Origin: Chthonomonadales bacterium
GTDB lineage: Bacteria; Armatimonadota; Chthonomonadetes; Chthonomonadales; Chthonomonadaceae
DNA length: 30,990 nt
Assembly: GCA_038217285.1 (NCBI GenBank)
Contig: JBBQPO010000034.1
Coordinates: 1-30,990 of the forward strand
Direction of reading: 5' to 3'
Position 1 is the first letter of the stretch; each line of letters begins with the position of its first letter. This document shows positions 1-10,000 of the stretch, piece by piece. The position numbers and the translations under genes are program-made. A model generated the notes under the pieces. That model did not search any database. It saw only the letters and a program-made list of their open reading frames with translations, and was not told the origin of the DNA.

Positions 1-3
1 TGG

Positions 4-28
4 AAAAACCGCCCTCTTCGGGCGTTTC
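4..28 (-). terminator. Possible intrinsic terminator for a minus-strand transcript
   Basis: Minus strand reads CGCCC-GAAGA-GGGCG followed by GTTTTT; the stem is short. Confidence 0.35.
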
Positions 29-338
29 TGCGGCTTCCGTCGCGGCCTAAAGCCGCCGGGAAGCAACAACCAGACGGGCAAGGAAGCTACTCGGTAATGC
101 CGAGACGCTTGGTGTCGTCAGTCGGATAGTCTAAACGTCAATATTCGAACAATATTTGGGGCTTTACCGTTCATATCCATGGGGCCTTCATGCCGCGCAT
201 ACGGTTTATGGACGCGAAAGAGCAGAAGGAGTCTACAACCGTGACAGCAAATATAGTCAGGTAACGAATTCCAGAAACGGTATGGCAGCGCCTCGCGTTT
301 CCCATGCCGTCCTAGCCTGATGGAGGAGTTCCGAATTT

Positions 339-1286
339 ATGAAGACACGTATCATCCTTCCTTTGCTGGCGCTGATGTTCAGCAGCGGATCCGGCCTTGC
401 ACTGGCGCAGGGACAGACAGAGAAGAGCACAAGGACGGTCCTTGTGCCGCAGCCTGTGCCGCAGGCACAACAGGAGAGCTATCCGGACGATCCGGACAAC
501 CATCCGAAAGATGGCGTACCGAAGGGCAAAATCACCAAGATGTCCCCCTGGAAAAGCCAGATCTTCGACCATACGGAGCGCGACTGGTGGGTCTACGTGC
601 CCGCGCAGTACACGCCCGAAAAACCGGCCTGCGTCATGATCTATCAGGACGGCCAGGGCTACGTGAACCGGGTTTCGGTCGTGTTCGACAACCTTATCGC
701 GAAGGGCGAGATGCCCGTCACCATCGGCATCTTCATTCAGCCGGGCAAATTGACGGAGGGCGGAACGCCGCGCGGCAACAGTGAGCGCAGCTTCGAGTAC
801 GACACCGTCTCCGACCAGTACTCCCGTTTCCTGCTCGAAGAGATCCTGCCGGAGGTCGAGAAGACATACAAACTGCGCCACGACGCCGCCAGTCGCGCGG
901 TCGCCGGGCTGAGCAGCGGCGCTTCGTGCGCCTTTACCGCTGCGTGGTTCCGGCCCGACCAGTTCAGCAAGGTGCTCTCCTGGATCGGCAGCTACACCGA
1001 TCTAGCCGGAGGCAAAACGGGCATCGAGGGCGCGCACAACTATCCCTTTATGATCCGTCGCACCGACAAGAAGCCGATTCGCGTCTTCCTGCAGGATGGA
1101 GATACCGATCTGGACAACCAGTTCGGCAACTGGCCGCTGGCGAACCAGTCGATGGCGAAGGCGCTGGCGTTCAAAGGCTACGACTACAAGTTCGAGTTCG
1201 GGCACGGCAGTCATAGCGGCACCCACGGGTACGCGATCCTGCCCGCCAGCCTCAAATGGCTATGGCGCGACTACAAGCCCGAGTAG
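339..1286 (+). CDS. Secreted alpha/beta-hydrolase, enterochelin-esterase (Fes)-like putative esterase
   Basis: GGAGGAG RBS upstream; N-terminal signal peptide; WVYVPAQY, IYQDG and RSFEYD motifs; nucleophile elbow G-L-S-S-G; C-terminal His motif GSHSG. Confidence 0.85.
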   Translation: MKTRIILPLLALMFSSGSGLALAQGQTEKSTRTVLVPQPVPQAQQESYPDDPDNHPKDGVPKGKITKMSPWKSQIFDHTERDWWVYVPAQYTPEKPACVMIYQDGQGYVNRVSVVFDNLIAKGEMPVTIGIFIQPGKLTEGGTPRGNSERSFEYDTVSDQYSRFLLEEILPEVEKTYKLRHDAASRAVAGLSSGASCAFTAAWFRPDQFSKVLSWIGSYTDLAGGKTGIEGAHNYPFMIRRTDKKPIRVFLQDGDTDLDNQFGNWPLANQSMAKALAFKGYDYKFEFGHGSHSGTHGYAILPASLKWLWRDYKPE

Positions 1287-1394
1287 ACACCCTGCAAGCC
1301 GGGGCGGAGAAAAAGGACTGAACCGCCCCGACGACCTGTCGAACGTGATCCCTGCGGACACGGGAGGCAGGCTCTTCGGCGCTTATCTTCCACT

Positions 1395-3626
1395 ATGAAA
1401 CTCCACTTCGACCCGCCGTTCGGCCCCATTCAGACCGTCGCGCTTCTGCTGCTGACGGTGGGGGTTGCGCTTGCGCTCTACCTGGGGCGGGAGAGGCGTG
1501 GGGCGAAGCGTCCTCCTCTGCTGTTGCTGGGCCTGCGGGTCGCGGTCGTGCTGCTGTTGGCGCTGCTGCTGCTCAATCCCGTCGCCACAATGACCGCCCC
1601 CCAGGCCAAGAGCAAAGCCCCCTTCCTCCTGCTTCTCGACACCTCCCGCAGTATGACGACACGTGATGTGCCCACCGTCTCGCAGCCCGAAACACGCTGG
1701 CAGGCGGCGCGACGCGTGACGCTGGAAAACCACGCCCTTCTGGAAGCGCTGGCACAGCGGTATCAGGTGCGCGTGTATGGCTTCGACACGCGCGCGGCTG
1801 CCACCGACCTGAACGTGCTGCGCGCCCTGGAGAGCCCCCACGGCGACCACACCAATCTGGGCGACGCGCTGACGCAGGCGGTCAGCGCCAACCGGCCTAC
1901 GGGAACGTCCGGCGGCTTCGGAGGCGTCTTGTTGGTGTCGGATGGGCGCGACAATGGGCAGGCCAGTCCGCTCGATGCGGCGCGTACCGCGAAGTCTCTT
2001 GGCTGCCCGGTATACACGCTCTGTCTCGGGCAGGAGACGAAAGCGCAGGACATCCTTGTCGTGGCGCAACGCCCGCAACTCTTTGCGGAGCCGGGGCAGC
2101 AGATCGAGATCGCGGCGGATCTGCGCGACAGCGGCATTCCCTCGGGGCCGGCGACGGTGGAGCTGCTGCGGGACGGCAAGCGGATCGCTACGCAGAACGT
2201 CCTGCTGAAGCCCGGCCGCCAGGAGGTCAGGTTCCCTGTCATGGAGCCGCACCGTGGATTCTATCGCTACGCCGTCGCCTGCTCGCCCGTTCCCGGCGAG
2301 ACAGACCTGACCAACAACCGCGCGAACGTCTTCCTGAACGTGATGGACAGCCATGCGCGGGTGCTGCTGCTCGAAGGTCAGCCGACCTGGGACTCGAAGT
2401 TCCTCGCGCAGGCGCTCCGCGACGATCCCACCATTCTCCTCGACAGCGTCTATCAGTTGACCGATACGCGGCCTTTCGCAGTCAGCGGCAGTGCGGAGCA
2501 GGCGCTGGTGCATGTGCCGCGCACCGTGGAGGAGTTTGCCCACTACGATGTGCTCCTGCTCGGCAGGGGCTACGAGTCGTTTTTCGATGGCAAGGCGACC
2601 GAGGAGCTGAAGAAGTGGGTCGGGGATCGGGGCGGCTGCCTGGTCTTCCTGCGCGGCCGCGCCGACGAGCGCTCGCCCGGCCTGCGGGATCTGGAGCCCG
2701 TCGTCTACGGCACCCAGGAACTGGCGTCGGCGCAGTTACGCCTGACGGACGCGGGGCGCTCGCACCCCGGCTTCGCCTTCGACACCGGGGAGGACGCGCA
2801 GACCGTCGTGAAGAAGCTGCCGTCGCTCATTACGGCGACGCGGGTGCAGAACGAGAAGGCGCTGGCCGTGGTGCTGGCCCGTTCGTCCGACTCGGAGAGC
2901 GGCGCAGACGGCAAGCCGATGGCGACTCTGGCCTATCAGCGGTTCGGGCAGGGCAAGGTGATGGCGGTGGTTGGGCAGGGGCTCTGGCGCTGGGCGTTTC
3001 TGCCGCCGGACCAGGAGAAGTACAGCAAGGTCTATCCGGAGTTCTGGGCACAGACTATCCGGTGGCTGGTGAGCGAATCGGACTTCCTGCCCGGCCAGAA
3101 CATCGCACTACGCACGGATAAGACGACCTATTCGGCGGGAGAGACGGTCACTCTGCTCGGTTTCCTGCGCGGCCCGAAAGTCGCTCCGCCGCCGATAACG
3201 CTGACCCTGCCGGGCGGCAAGACAACGACGCTGACGCCCGCGCGCGGCGACGGCAAGACGGCGGACTTCACTGCCTCCTATCGTCCGCCCTCCCCTGGTG
3301 AGTATGTCGCGACGGTCGCGCCTCCCCCCGGCAATGCGAAGGCGGTCCCGGTTTCGGCGGCGTTCACCATCTTCAGCGGTCAGGAAGAGGACGCGAACCG
3401 TTCGGCGGATCCCGCGCTCATGCAGCAGATCGCGGCGGTCGGAGGGGGGCAGATGCTTCAGGCGGCGGAGTTGAACACGCTTCCGGAGAAGCTCCGTTCC
3501 GCCGAGCTCGCCTCCGTTCGGGTCGTGGAGCCGCGCACGCTGTGGGATCGCTGGTGGGTGCTGGCCGCGCTGCTCGGCCTCCTCACCGTGGAATGGCTTC
3601 TGCGCCGCCGCAGCGGCCTGACCTGA
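1395..3626 (+). CDS. Membrane-anchored vWA-domain protein with Ig-like and glutamine-amidotransferase-like (class I fold) middle region
   Basis: Two N-terminal TM helices; MIDAS motif LLLLDTSRSM, T-N-L-G-D-A-L and VLLVSDG; RVLLLEGQPTWDSKFL...YDVLLLG...GGCLVF...LWRW pattern; C-terminal TM (LWDRWWVLAALLGLLTVEWLLRRR). Confidence 0.75.
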   Translation: MKLHFDPPFGPIQTVALLLLTVGVALALYLGRERRGAKRPPLLLLGLRVAVVLLLALLLLNPVATMTAPQAKSKAPFLLLLDTSRSMTTRDVPTVSQPETRWQAARRVTLENHALLEALAQRYQVRVYGFDTRAAATDLNVLRALESPHGDHTNLGDALTQAVSANRPTGTSGGFGGVLLVSDGRDNGQASPLDAARTAKSLGCPVYTLCLGQETKAQDILVVAQRPQLFAEPGQQIEIAADLRDSGIPSGPATVELLRDGKRIATQNVLLKPGRQEVRFPVMEPHRGFYRYAVACSPVPGETDLTNNRANVFLNVMDSHARVLLLEGQPTWDSKFLAQALRDDPTILLDSVYQLTDTRPFAVSGSAEQALVHVPRTVEEFAHYDVLLLGRGYESFFDGKATEELKKWVGDRGGCLVFLRGRADERSPGLRDLEPVVYGTQELASAQLRLTDAGRSHPGFAFDTGEDAQTVVKKLPSLITATRVQNEKALAVVLARSSDSESGADGKPMATLAYQRFGQGKVMAVVGQGLWRWAFLPPDQEKYSKVYPEFWAQTIRWLVSESDFLPGQNIALRTDKTTYSAGETVTLLGFLRGPKVAPPPITLTLPGGKTTTLTPARGDGKTADFTASYRPPSPGEYVATVAPPPGNAKAVPVSAAFTIFSGQEEDANRSADPALMQQIAAVGGGQMLQAAELNTLPEKLRSAELASVRVVEPRTLWDRWWVLAALLGLLTVEWLLRRRSGLT

Positions 3627-3668
3627 GCCGCGTCCGGTGACCGCCCCGCAGTAAACTCCGCCCCAGCC

Positions 3669-4352
3669 CTAAAACGTAAACTCGATGTTCTTGACGCCCA
3701 GTGTATTGAAGGTCTTCTGAAGGGTCTCCAGGGCGTTGGCACGGGCCTTGCCGCGTATATCGGCTTTCTCGGCGGCTTCCTGAAAGAGATGCCCTGCGGT
3801 CGCCTGCGCCTTGGGGACGATGTTCTCGTCGTGCCAAAACGGGCCGGCCTGGCTGTGCTCTACATGGACCGTCACATTCGGCTTATAGATCGTGACCGGC
3901 GGCAGATGGACGCGCAGTCGGGTCGTCCCGTCCGCCTGTTTTACCTGCTCCACGCTTTTGTCGCTGATCAGCGTCATATCCACGCCCGCCTCGACGGTCC
4001 CGTCCGCCACCACGAGCGCCTGATTGTGGGTCGCCCAGCTCACCACTCCCGAAGCGCCAGGAATATTTTTGACCCAGTTGTTCGGCTGCGCCTCCGACTC
4101 CTGCGTCAGTACATCGCTCTCATGGAACGAGGCGGTATGCAACTGCCCCAGCTTCTGCATCTGCAAAATGATCGGGCCGGTATCCTGGAAGCTCTCCCCC
4201 GTCTTGTCCTGATGCTTGCCGAGCATCCACCCTGCCATCACCCCCACCCCCAGTAATGCTACCGCAAACGCCCCCATCCATTTCAGGGATGCATTCGAGC
4301 CACCGGAAGGGCCATAGGGCGTACTGGTTGGACCTAATCGAAATCGAAACAC
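3669..4352 (-). CDS. DUF4230-like single-TM protein
   Basis: GTG start at 4352 preceded by AGGAGTGAGGAGG; TM helix, then LGQLHTA...ALVVADGTVEAGVDM...VHLPP...ARANA...LGVKNIEFTF pattern typical of DUF4230. Confidence 0.7.
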   Translation of the reverse strand: MFRFRLGPTSTPYGPSGGSNASLKWMGAFAVALLGVGVMAGWMLGKHQDKTGESFQDTGPIILQMQKLGQLHTASFHESDVLTQESEAQPNNWVKNIPGASGVVSWATHNQALVVADGTVEAGVDMTLISDKSVEQVKQADGTTRLRVHLPPVTIYKPNVTVHVEHSQAGPFWHDENIVPKAQATAGHLFQEAAEKADIRGKARANALETLQKTFNTLGVKNIEFTF

Positions 4353-4473
4353 ACGCGCCTCCTCACTCCTAAACAAGGGAACGTTCCTATTCCACCTACG
4401 TCGTAGTTTAGGAAAAGGTGACACAACAACTGCCAGAGGCAAATCAGATATCAATGGCATGACTCGAGTTAAT

Positions 4474-5637
4474 TTAGCGACCTGTTTCAATGCGTTCAAA
4501 CCTGGTTACGTTATCAATACGACAAGTTCGCCCGGTGCGGCGTAGGATACCTTCGATATGCACGTAGACATTGCCTTGCATATGGGCGAGATCAGCCACG
4601 GCATAGAGATCAGAATTGAGAACAGCCCTAGCATGGACAACCTCATCTTCCACAAAAACGTCCAAAATGACTTCACCGGCTCTCCGCCCATCGTCGCCAA
4701 CAACGCCGTTAAGGCTTTCGACAGTTCCGATCAAAAGCATAGAGCTATTTTCGGAGGCCACGGGACGCAGTCGTTTGGCAACTCGCTCGATTTCGGGGAA
4801 ATATTCGGTCTTGAAGGATACTTTCACCGGAACTTCCTTTGGAGGCGCAATACCAGATCGGGACGCCCAGGACACCCCAAGTTCCAGCGCCCCCTCGTGC
4901 TCTGGCTTCATTCGAATAAGTGCATCACACAGATTCCAACTAAGTATTGGCTTCGACGAATCGCCCTCCAGAAAGCTCTCTACATCGCCTTTCTCGATAC
5001 TTTTCGCCAAGCCTGCGGTAGCCTGCATCAGTAATCGTGTTGTACGGCGCACAAACGGGTCTGAAAGTTCCGAACCTACATTACTTCCGGTAAATATCGT
5101 ATCATCATCTACCGCGTTTAGCGGACACATCACTTTCATTACATAGCTGCCACGTTCCGTTTGGCCGGTCAGACAGGAACGTACAAGCTGTTCGGGCTGA
5201 CTTCGGCTTAACCTGGGATGATGGCGAACCGGATTGAGCACGGAAGACGCCGCAGCGAGCAGTAGGCGGCGGGCACCCTCTCTCAGATTGATATCTTCGG
5301 ACAATGACAGATCGCCGCTCTGAGTTTTCCAGGTAGCCACCCGAAATCGCAGCGTATCCGAGTCAGAGTGCAGAAGGTCTGCGAGAACGTTGGTTACATC
5401 ACGCTCCTCAATATCCGCCAGGCGCAATGCCACATCGAGCATTGCCTGATCGAAACCCACGAAATCAGCGTCAATGGGAATCTGTAGTTGACGCAAATTA
5501 TATTGTGGGTGATTCAGTACCCATAGGCGATCTTGTGACTCCGGAACCTGCTTCCATCCGCGACTCTCCGCATAGTTCCGGACCTCCAAGGGGCGAAGTC
5601 CAGCTGCGACTTGCACTAGATGCGTACTATCCGGCAT
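4474..5637 (-). CDS. Hypothetical 387-aa protein, partner of the DUF4365-like gene
   Basis: Long open frame in a visibly lower-GC stretch; its start overlaps the stop of the upstream DUF4365-like frame by 11 nt; GQTERGSY motif; beta-rich C-terminus. Confidence 0.75.
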   Translation of the reverse strand: MPDSTHLVQVAAGLRPLEVRNYAESRGWKQVPESQDRLWVLNHPQYNLRQLQIPIDADFVGFDQAMLDVALRLADIEERDVTNVLADLLHSDSDTLRFRVATWKTQSGDLSLSEDINLREGARRLLLAAASSVLNPVRHHPRLSRSQPEQLVRSCLTGQTERGSYVMKVMCPLNAVDDDTIFTGSNVGSELSDPFVRRTTRLLMQATAGLAKSIEKGDVESFLEGDSSKPILSWNLCDALIRMKPEHEGALELGVSWASRSGIAPPKEVPVKVSFKTEYFPEIERVAKRLRPVASENSSMLLIGTVESLNGVVGDDGRRAGEVILDVFVEDEVVHARAVLNSDLYAVADLAHMQGNVYVHIEGILRRTGRTCRIDNVTRFERIETGR

Positions 5638-6157
5638 ATTGTAGCTCCTCTCGACGGGCGATCCTAGCCAGGAGATCGTTTAGTCCTTCTGGGGAGAATA
5701 CCTGTTTTCGAGGCAGGTAAATCGTCTGGCCTGAGCCATTGGTCGATTCCTGAGCGCCTCGCAGACTGACCCAGTAAGCGCACCGCTTCAACAACAGTTG
5801 TTCGTCAGTATGCATCAGCCACGCCTCTTGTTCCTTCAGGCAAACACAATACGATTAGAATCTTTGGCGGCATGACGGTGGGGACGCGGAGACTATTGTA
5901 CTGGTCAATACCCTTAAAGAAGTACGAGAAGCGAGCATCCGTTTCTGCGGGCATGTTGACAGTAGCCTTCAATTGAACATGAATTGAAAACTCGGTAAGA
6001 AGGGATGTGGGCCCAAAATCACGTTTGACGTGAAGCGTTGCGTCAATACCCATATTATCCAACGCGCGGGCGGCCACCTGACAACCCACCCCGGCCTTTG
6101 CGGCAACGGCATGGAGATAGGCGTAGCTCAATTCGATTCGATGTCAGTAAAATGCAT
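5627..6157 (-). pseudogene. DUF4365-like PD-(D/E)XK nuclease gene with two frameshifts (or two sequencing errors)
   Basis: Reconstructed sequence: MHFTDIES[E]LSYAYLHAVA...DNMGIDA...IHVQLKAT...KILIVLCLPE/EQEAWLMHTDEQLLLKRCAYWVSLRG...; one base is missing near 6133 and one is extra near 5833. Confidence 0.75.
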
Positions 6158-6428
6158 TTCTCAACGTCCCTTTGTGTTGATTAGTGTAGACAAAAAGGCA
6201 GTAAAGCCTCAAGACAAATGACAGTAACGTTGGTTTTCATAGGACTTGGCGACATACCGTATTCTATACTCACCACTCTTTTAAGAGTCCTTACATCCGG
6301 AAACCAGATTTGCAAGTGTGCTCAACAGATTCTTCGGCCCTGCCCTCAATACCTGCCTCCATTACGGCGATACCAGCGACCAATAATTTGCGTCAATCGA
6401 TGGTGTTCTGTCAGCCACCGAATGTCGA

Positions 6429-6458
6429 TTGACGGGACAGCGTTCGCGGTGCTATACT
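6429..6458 (+). promoter_or_regulatory. Sigma70-type promoter of ndk
   Basis: TTGACG-N18-TATACT with an extended -10 TG. Confidence 0.6.
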
Positions 6459-6541
6459 TCGCCGTAAGCAGCGAGGTCGGCGTTGGGCTTGTGTGCGGCG
6501 TCGATCCACAGACAACATGCGATCTACCGATGGGGGAAAGA

Positions 6542-6964
6542 ATGGCTATCGAACGAACTTTTATTATGGTCAAGCCGGACGGCGTCGAGCGGCGACTGGC
6601 GGGCGAGATCATCCGCCGCTTCGAGACACGCGGCCTGCGTCTGGTCGCGCTCAAGCTCCTGAAGCCGAGCCGCGAGCTGGCGGAAGCGCACTACGCGGTG
6701 CATAAGGAGCGGCCCTTCTACGGTGAGCTTGTCGAATTCATCGTCTCCGGTGCGGTGGTCGCGATGGTCTGGGAGGCCAACGACGCCATCAAGCTCTGCC
6801 GCAATATGATCGGCGCGTTGAAGCCGTTCGAGGCGGTCCCAGGCACGATTCGCGGCGACTTCACCACCGAAGTCCAGACGAATCTCGTTCACGGCTCCGA
6901 CGCGGTGGAGACGGCGCAGTCCGAAATCGCCCTCTGGTTCAAACCGGAAGAGCTTCTTTCCTGA
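6542..6964 (+). CDS. ndk: Nucleoside diphosphate kinase
   Basis: [30 protein letters not shown] and catalytic [10 protein letters not shown] at 6542 after a purine-rich RBS; 140 aa. Confidence 0.97.
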   Translation: MAIERTFIMVKPDGVERRLAGEIIRRFETRGLRLVALKLLKPSRELAEAHYAVHKERPFYGELVEFIVSGAVVAMVWEANDAIKLCRNMIGALKPFEAVPGTIRGDFTTEVQTNLVHGSDAVETAQSEIALWFKPEELLS

Positions 6965-6981
6965 GTCTCTGCGGCCAGGAT

Positions 6982-7012
6982 GCGCCGGCGAGTCGCCTTG
7001 ACTCGCTGGCGC
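6982..7012 (+). terminator. Hairpin after ndk, probable terminator
   Basis: GCGCCGGCGAGTC-GCCTT-GACTCGCTGGCGC forms a 13-bp stem with one G-U pair, followed by TCTATCTT. Confidence 0.55.
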
Positions 7013-7018
7013 TCTATC

Positions 7019-7047
7019 TTGACTTTCGCACTGCTATCCGCTACAAT
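7019..7047 (+). promoter_or_regulatory. Sigma70-type promoter of the TPR gene
   Basis: TTGACT-N17-TACAAT, near consensus. Confidence 0.65.
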
Positions 7048-7093
7048 GAGTTCAAAGCGATCCCCCCGTTTTTCACGCCACGGAGTTGCAAAC

Positions 7094-10000
7094 TTGAAGA
7101 ACGTATCCCTTGCGCGGCCTGCGCTCTGGGGCATTGCCGCCCTTTTTTCCCTATGTCTGCCTGTCGTGCTCTGCGCGCAATCCAGCGGTTTCGCCGGGGG
7201 CAGACCCGGCCAGAACGCCCCACCGGCGATGCCGCCCGAAGTGCAGAAGGCGGCGGAGCAGTATTCGCGCGCCGTTGCGCTCGACAAGGCGCATAAGTGG
7301 GCCGGGGCCGCTCCTGCCTACGAGGAGTTCCTGAAACTCGCCGCCGCCGCGCATCTGCCTCCCCGTAATCTGATCGAAGTCAACGGCCGATTGACGTTTT
7401 TGTATCAGGCGCGCGGGGATCAGAAGCGGGCCGAAACGGCTATGCTGCGCATCGTCGCCCTCGATCCCACCAGCGCCATCGGGTATGCGCAGCTCGCCAC
7501 CCTCTACAGCCAGCAGTCGAAAGTCGCCCAGGCGAAAGAGTACGCCACACGTACACTCACGCTCAAGCCCACCCCCACCGTCGCTGCGCTCGCGCATCAC
7601 GTTCTGGGGGCGGTCGCCATCATCAAACAGAACCCGGCCGAAGCGGAGAAGGAGTTTGCGCTCGCCATTCAGTCGGCCCCGCGCAACCCGCAGGGCTATC
7701 TGGACTACGCCTTCGCGCTGATGCAGCATAAGAAGAGCAAAGAGGCGCTGACAGCGGTGCAGAGGGCAGCCACCCTGGCCCCGGCGATGGTCCAGCCGAA
7801 GCTGATGATGGCAGGGATCTATCAGGAGCAAAATCGGCTTGTGGACGCCCTGGCGAAGTACGATGATGTGCTGCGCACGGAGCCGCACAACACCATCGCT
7901 CTCTATAATCGCGCCGCCGTCCTGCACCGACAGGGCAACGTGCAGGAAGCGATCTCCGCCTATATTACCTTCCTCAATGTCGCGCCGAACAGTTACGACG
8001 CCCACTACAACGTCGCGCAGCTCTACTACGTCCTCGAGAACTTCCAGGCCGCCCGATTGCACTTCATGCAGGCGCACAACCTGATGCCGAAAGACCCCCG
8101 CACCCTGGGGAGTCTGGCCCTCACCGAGCAGAAGGAGGCCACCCACCTGCTGGATAGGACGCAAAAACGAAACGAGATGGCGCTGGCGGAAAGCCATTTC
8201 AAAGAGGCGCAGGCGTTGGCTCCCAGGGATGCGTCGCTCCAGTTCGGCCTTGCGAGCCTGCTCGAAGACATGGGGCGCTACGACGAGGCCATCGGGCTCT
8301 ATCGCAAGCATATCGTTACGGCGCCCAAAGACGTCGAGTCCTATCGGCACATCGCCCAGGCCTATACGAAACAGCGCAAGGTCGATGAGGTGGTGAAGAC
8401 CTGGCGGGAGTATCGCCTGCAGGATCCGAAAAACCCGCTCTCTTATCAGGAAGCAGCGGATATGCTGGAGAAGGCGGGCAAACTGGCGGATGCGGTCGAA
8501 GAGTGGAAAGGACTGCTGGGCACCAAGCCCCGGAACGGTGTCGCGGGCGATGCCATGAATAGCATGGCACGGGACTTCACTCTGCTGAAACGCCCGGACG
8601 AGGCGCGCGCCCAGTACAAAGCCGTGCTGGCTCTGGACGCGACCGGCAGTTCTGGTCCGAAGGAGATGCAGGTCGTCGAAGTCTCCGCCGTGAAATCCGA
8701 GCGGATGACGGCCTTGCGGGGCCTCGCCGCCTTGGCGCAACAGGAGGACAAGCCGGACGAAGCCATTGCTGCCTGGGAACAGATCAAGAAGGAGGAGGCT
8801 ACTCTCTCCGCGAAGAACGGGCAGTACGACCCGGAACCGTATCTCACTATCGGCAGAATTTACGAACAACTGAAAAAACCGGACCAGGCCGCCGCCGAAT
8901 ACAAAGCTCTCCTCGCCGTCACGCCGAAAGACCCGAGCGTCTATGCGCAACTGGGGAAACTCTACGAGAGCCAGAACAGAGGGGACGAGGCGATCGCCAC
9001 CTATCGCCAGGCCGCCGCGCTCTCAAAAACTCCCCTTCAGGACGGGATACGCATCGCGCAGGCCTACCAGCGCTTCAACCAACCGGACAAGGCCATCGCA
9101 GAGTACCAGAGTCTGCGCCGACAGGCTCCGCAGGATGTGAGCCTCCTGACGGCGCTGGCGCTGGCGCTCCGGCAGGCAGGCCGCGACGGCGACGCTATCG
9201 AGGTCTACGATACGATCTTAAAAAGCGATCCACGCCTGTTCTGGGTCTACGACTACAAGGCCGTCGCCCTGATTCGTCTGAAACGCTTTCCCGAGGCCCG
9301 CGCGCTCTATGTCTCTCTGTTGGACAAAAACGTCCAGAGCCGCCAGACCTATGCCGACCTTGCCAACGTCTACAAAGAGGAGGGCAAGCCCGACGATTTT
9401 CTGAGCTGGCTGCAGCCCCGTTTTGAGAAGACGCCCGCCAATGCGGGCCTTATGACGGTGGTGCTGGATGAGTTTACGCGCCAGAAACGCGCCGATGCCG
9501 GGCTTTCCTACCTCAAAGGTATTGTGGAGCAGCACAAAACGCAGCGCCCCGTGCTGGAAAACTACGCCACACTACTCTCCGAACGGGGCAAAGGCGTCGA
9601 TGCCATCGCCGTCTATCGGCAGATCGTGGCTCTCGCGCCGAAAGATCTGCTGGCGCAGTTGACGCTCGCCGAACAGCTCGATAGGAACGCGCAGAAAGAT
9701 GAGGCCGCGAAAATCTATCAGGCGCTCCTCGCGCATCCGGATCTGCCTGCGGAGCAGCGGTTGAATCTGCGCCGCAGGTTCGCGCAGCGCTGCGTTCTTC
9801 AGGGCGACCGGGACGAAGCTATTCGGCAGTATCAGATTGTGGTCAAGGCGAATCCTGCGGACTTCGAAGCCACCTCGGAGTTGGCGCTGACCCTGACCGC
9901 CGCCAATCGAGAGGCGGAGGCGGTCCCTTACTATCTGAAACTCTCGATGGAGGCCGCCTATCCGGCAACGGTTCGCGCCGACATCTTCGCCAAACTGGGC

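Noticed and set aside
141-160. CGAACAATATTTG, resembling a Gram-positive LexA box
   Set aside because: The right half-site does not match GTTC, and the adjacent gene is not an SOS gene.
4380-6420. Calling the low-GC insert an IS or prophage
   Set aside because: No transposase, integrase, terminal inverted repeats or target duplication were found.
6218-6541. 108-codon N-terminal extension of ndk in the ORF track
   Set aside because: NDK homology begins at MAIERTF (6542), and a promoter lies inside the extension.
6980-7093. Longer start for the TPR gene
   Set aside because: It overlaps the ndk hairpin and a near-consensus promoter; TTG at 7094 has an RBS and gives a signal peptide.
7151-8950. 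Long antisense ORFs (also 10324-11721, 24074-25450, 27135-28988 and others)
   Set aside because: Shadow frames of GC-rich genes with no recognisable motifs.
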